Assembly (NCBI GenBank): GCA_963704775.1
Contig: CAVPHR010000001.1
Coordinates: 602,582-666,581 of the forward strand
Origin: an uncultured Chloroflexia bacterium
GTDB taxonomy: Bacteria; Chloroflexota; Limnocylindria; Limnocylindrales; CSP1-4
Reading direction: 5' to 3'
Length of the DNA: 64,000 nt
The position numbers were made by a program, and so were the translations under genes. Below the pieces are notes generated by a model that was given only the letters and a program-made list of their open reading frames with translations, was not told the origin of the DNA and searched no databases. Below are positions 61,632 to 64,000 of the stretch, piece by piece (the first letter of the stretch is position 1; each line of letters starts with the position of its first letter).

Positions 61632-63071
61632 CTAGGGGCCGTTGACCAGCCCGGAGGTGTCGACGACCTGGAGATCGTGGCCCTTGATGACGTCGAGCTC
61701 GTGCATGACGTCGTCATCGAAGTCGGGGTCGCTGACGCCGGTGATGTACCAGGGCGAGCCGTTGTCGGCCAGGATCATGCCGTACTGCTTGAGCGCCTCG
61801 GCGATGACCCGGGCCTGGGGCGAGAAGCCGGACGTGTCGTAGGTGGGCTTCGAGGCGGACGCGCAGGCCCATCGGCGGCAGCGACGCCGAGGTCGAGTCG
61901 CTGGCGTAGTGGCGCGCCGGGTAGATGTACTGCTTGCGGGTCTCGTCGGTCGTGAACCGGAGGGCGTGGTTGATGGCCCCGGCGAGCGACCTCGTCATAG
62001 CGGACGAGGCCGGGCAGGATCGGCAGTCCGGCCGCGTCGGCGCTGGTCCAGCCGGCGGTCCGCAGCGCGTTCGAGTGCATGTCCCAGGTCGCGCCGCTGC
62101 CGGCGCGCCAGGCGCCGTTCACCTTGCGCGCGTTGAACAGCTCGTACAGCCGGCAGGTGTCGGCGTCGACCATGAGGATGTGGCGGTCGCCCGCGCCGGC
62201 GGTCCCGCCGCCCTCGATCTTCGGGCTGGCCGGGATCGGGTACGGGACGTGGTCGGAGTCCTCGTCGTAGTCGAACGTGACGGTCGAGGTCGGGGTCGCC
62301 GAGGTCACGACGTTGTACGGGATGCCGTAGCCCGCGTACGAGCCGAAGTCCATGTGCAGGCCGGCGTTCAGGCCGATCGCCGAGATCATCGTCGCGGAGT
62401 TCGAGGCGACGTCGAGGTGGTCGATCCGGGCGTTCCAGACGTTGTCGGCGGGAAAGACCGAACAGTCGGAGATCCCCGGCAGGGTCGGCACGGCGCCAGG
62501 CGGTGGCGGGACCGGATGGCTGGCGGCATCGAGCGGGTTGGTGCCGTAGGTGACCTCCCAGCCGTCTGAGTAGCCGTCTCCGTCGGTGTCCCGCCTGCGT
62601 CGGATGCGTCCCGCGGCTCTGCTCGCTGCGGTTCGTCAGCCCGTCCTTGTCGGGATCCTCGCGGTCGTCGCGCAGGCCGTCCTTGTCGGAGTCCTTGACC
62701 TTGGGCTTGGTGCCGGCCGTGAACTCGAACTTGGTCTTCAGGCCGTCCTTGTCGGTGTCTTCCTTGTCGTCGCGGATGCCGTCCGTGTCGCTGTCGGCGC
62801 GGCGCGGCTTCATCCCGGCGAGGTACTCCTGACGGTTGTTCAGGGTGTCCCTGTCGGGATCCTCCTTGCCGTCGAGGATGCCGTCCTTGTCCGTGTCGCT
62901 TCTTCCTGGGGTTCGTCGTGCGACCAGTAGTCTCCCACCGACGGGAGGCCGTCCTTGTCGGGATCGGTGGAGGCGGCGGCGGCGGCAGCCAGGGAGCGCC
63001 CCGATGACGACGGCGGCGACCATGGCGACCAGCACGGTGTGGCGCGCTCCGACACGCGGACGACGAGTCAT
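61632..63071 (-). CDS. secreted protein with thrombospondin type 3-like calcium-binding repeats and a conserved C-terminal domain (several apparent frame shifts)
   Basis: Signal-like MTRRPRVGARHTVLVAMVAAVVIG. DxDxDG repeats (DPDKDGL, DTDKDGILDGKEDPDRD, DSDTDGIRDDKEDTDKDGL, DSDKDGLRDDREDPDKDGL, DTDGDGYSDGWE). The C-terminal domain is spread over ORFs 61775..62491, 61714..61998 and the terminal frame ending TAG 61632. Confidence 0.65.
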
Positions 63072-64000
63072 GGCCCCATGGTCGCCCTTGGCGCAACCCT
63101 CGCGACCCACCAACTGGTCCCATGCGGAACGGCCGGTGGTCCTGTTCCCGGTGGCACCGCGCGGCGCGGCTCCGGCGATCGCTCAGTCCGGGAACGCCTC
63201 CGGTCCGCGGTCGCGAGCTCGCGGGCCTCGCCGGAGGCGTCCTCGGCCGGCAGCCACGAGTACGGGTAGCGGGCGTCCTCGAGCGCCGCGGCCTGCCGCG
63301 TGATCCTGAGCGGATGGAAGGTGTCGACCATGACCGCCAGCTCCTCGGTCGCCTCCTTGCCGATGGAGGCCTCGGCGGTGCCCGGGTGCGGCCCGTGCGG
63401 GATGCCGGCCGGGTGCAGCGTGAACGACGAGATGCCCACGCCGCGGCGGCTCATGAAGTTGCCGGCGACGTAGTAGATGACCTCGTCCGAGTTGATGTTC
63501 GAGTGGTTGTACGGCGCCGGGATCGCCAGCGGGTGGTAGTCGAACTTGCGGGGCACGAACGAGCACACGACGAAGTTGCGCGCCGCGAACGTCTGGTGGA
63601 CCGGCGGCGGCTGGTGGACCCGCCCGGTGATCGGCTCGAAGTCGCCGATGTTGAACGCGTACGGCCACAGGTAGCCATCCCAGCCGACGACATCGAACGG
63701 GTGATGCGTGTAGTGGTAGGCCGTCAGCCGGCCGCGCATCTTCACGTGGACCGATGAACTCGCCCGTCGTCGGCCCGGGGCGGGACCTCGTCCGGCAGCC
63801 GGATGTCGCGCTGCGAGTACGGCGAGTGCTCGAGCAGCTGGCCGTAGTCGTTGCGGTAGCGCTTCGGCGGCCTCGATCTCGGACGGGCACTCGAGGTAGA
63901 GCATCCGCTGGGCCGAGCCGGCGTCGGGCTCGAGGCGCCAGGTCGTGCCGATCGGCAGGACCAGGTAGTCGCCCGGGCCGTAGCGGATCGGCCCGAAGAC
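63068..64000 (-). CDS. hmgA: homogentisate 1,2-dioxygenase-like cupin (partial; N-terminus beyond the window; apparent frame shifts near 63750 and 63870)
   Basis: HHPFDVVGWDGYLWPYAFNIGDFEPITGRVHQPPPVHQTF...YNHSNINSDEVIYYVAGNFMSRRG...TLHPAGIPHGPHPG resembles the short bacterial HgmA family as I recall it. The true stop may be 63183 rather than 63068. Confidence 0.6.
   Translation of the reverse strand, partial: VFGPIRYGPGDYLVLPIGTTWRLEPDAGSAQRMLYLECPSEIEAAEALPQRLRPAARALAVLAARHPAAGRGPAPGRRRASSSVHVKMRGRLTAYHYTHHPFDVVGWDGYLWPYAFNIGDFEPITGRVHQPPPVHQTFAARNFVVCSFVPRKFDYHPLAIPAPYNHSNINSDEVIYYVAGNFMSRRGVGISSFTLHPAGIPHGPHPGTAEASIGKEATEELAVMVDTFHPLRITRQAAALEDARYPYSWLPAEDASGEARELATADRRRSRTERSPEPRRAVPPGTGPPAVPHGTSWWVARVAPRATMGP

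Overview
64-kb high-GC (roughly 70% G+C) chromosomal window, Actinobacteria-like in gene content and mostly core metabolism. The minus strand carries a translationally coupled branched-chain amino-acid super-operon: ilvB-ilvN-ilvC-leuA-leuB-cimA, then a stand-alone LeuA-dimer-domain ORF, pheA and an unknown ORF. leuCD and ilvD lie on the plus strand. Other content: MarR-fabD-KAS-KAS, korAB flanked by CBS-domain proteins, a copper P-type ATPase, ogt, acyl-CoA metabolism genes, mscL and PPK2. Secreted or lipoproteins include two paralogous polysaccharide-lyase-like proteins, a ~950-aa protein with three tandem C-terminal repeats, and a thrombospondin-type-3-repeat protein. I recognised no rRNA, tRNA, CRISPR array, transposase or integrase. 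The most interesting feature is a c-di-GMP module (two GGDEF-EAL proteins plus a DUF5317-like membrane protein) between the ilvB leader and leuCD. It contains a strong match to a class I c-di-GMP riboswitch (GEMM-I, about 31195..31290) directly upstream of a 31-codon hydrophobic micro-ORF and a strong terminator. Other signals: an 81-nt element in two gapless ~80% identical copies flanking the first lyase-like gene, a Leu/Ile-rich upstream ORF plus terminator in the ilvB leader, and a CsoR-operator-like inverted repeat on the copA start. About 16 conserved genes are broken by frame shifts, several at short homopolymers. I interpret these as assembly indel errors rather than true pseudogenes, and the coordinates given for those genes span the breaks.
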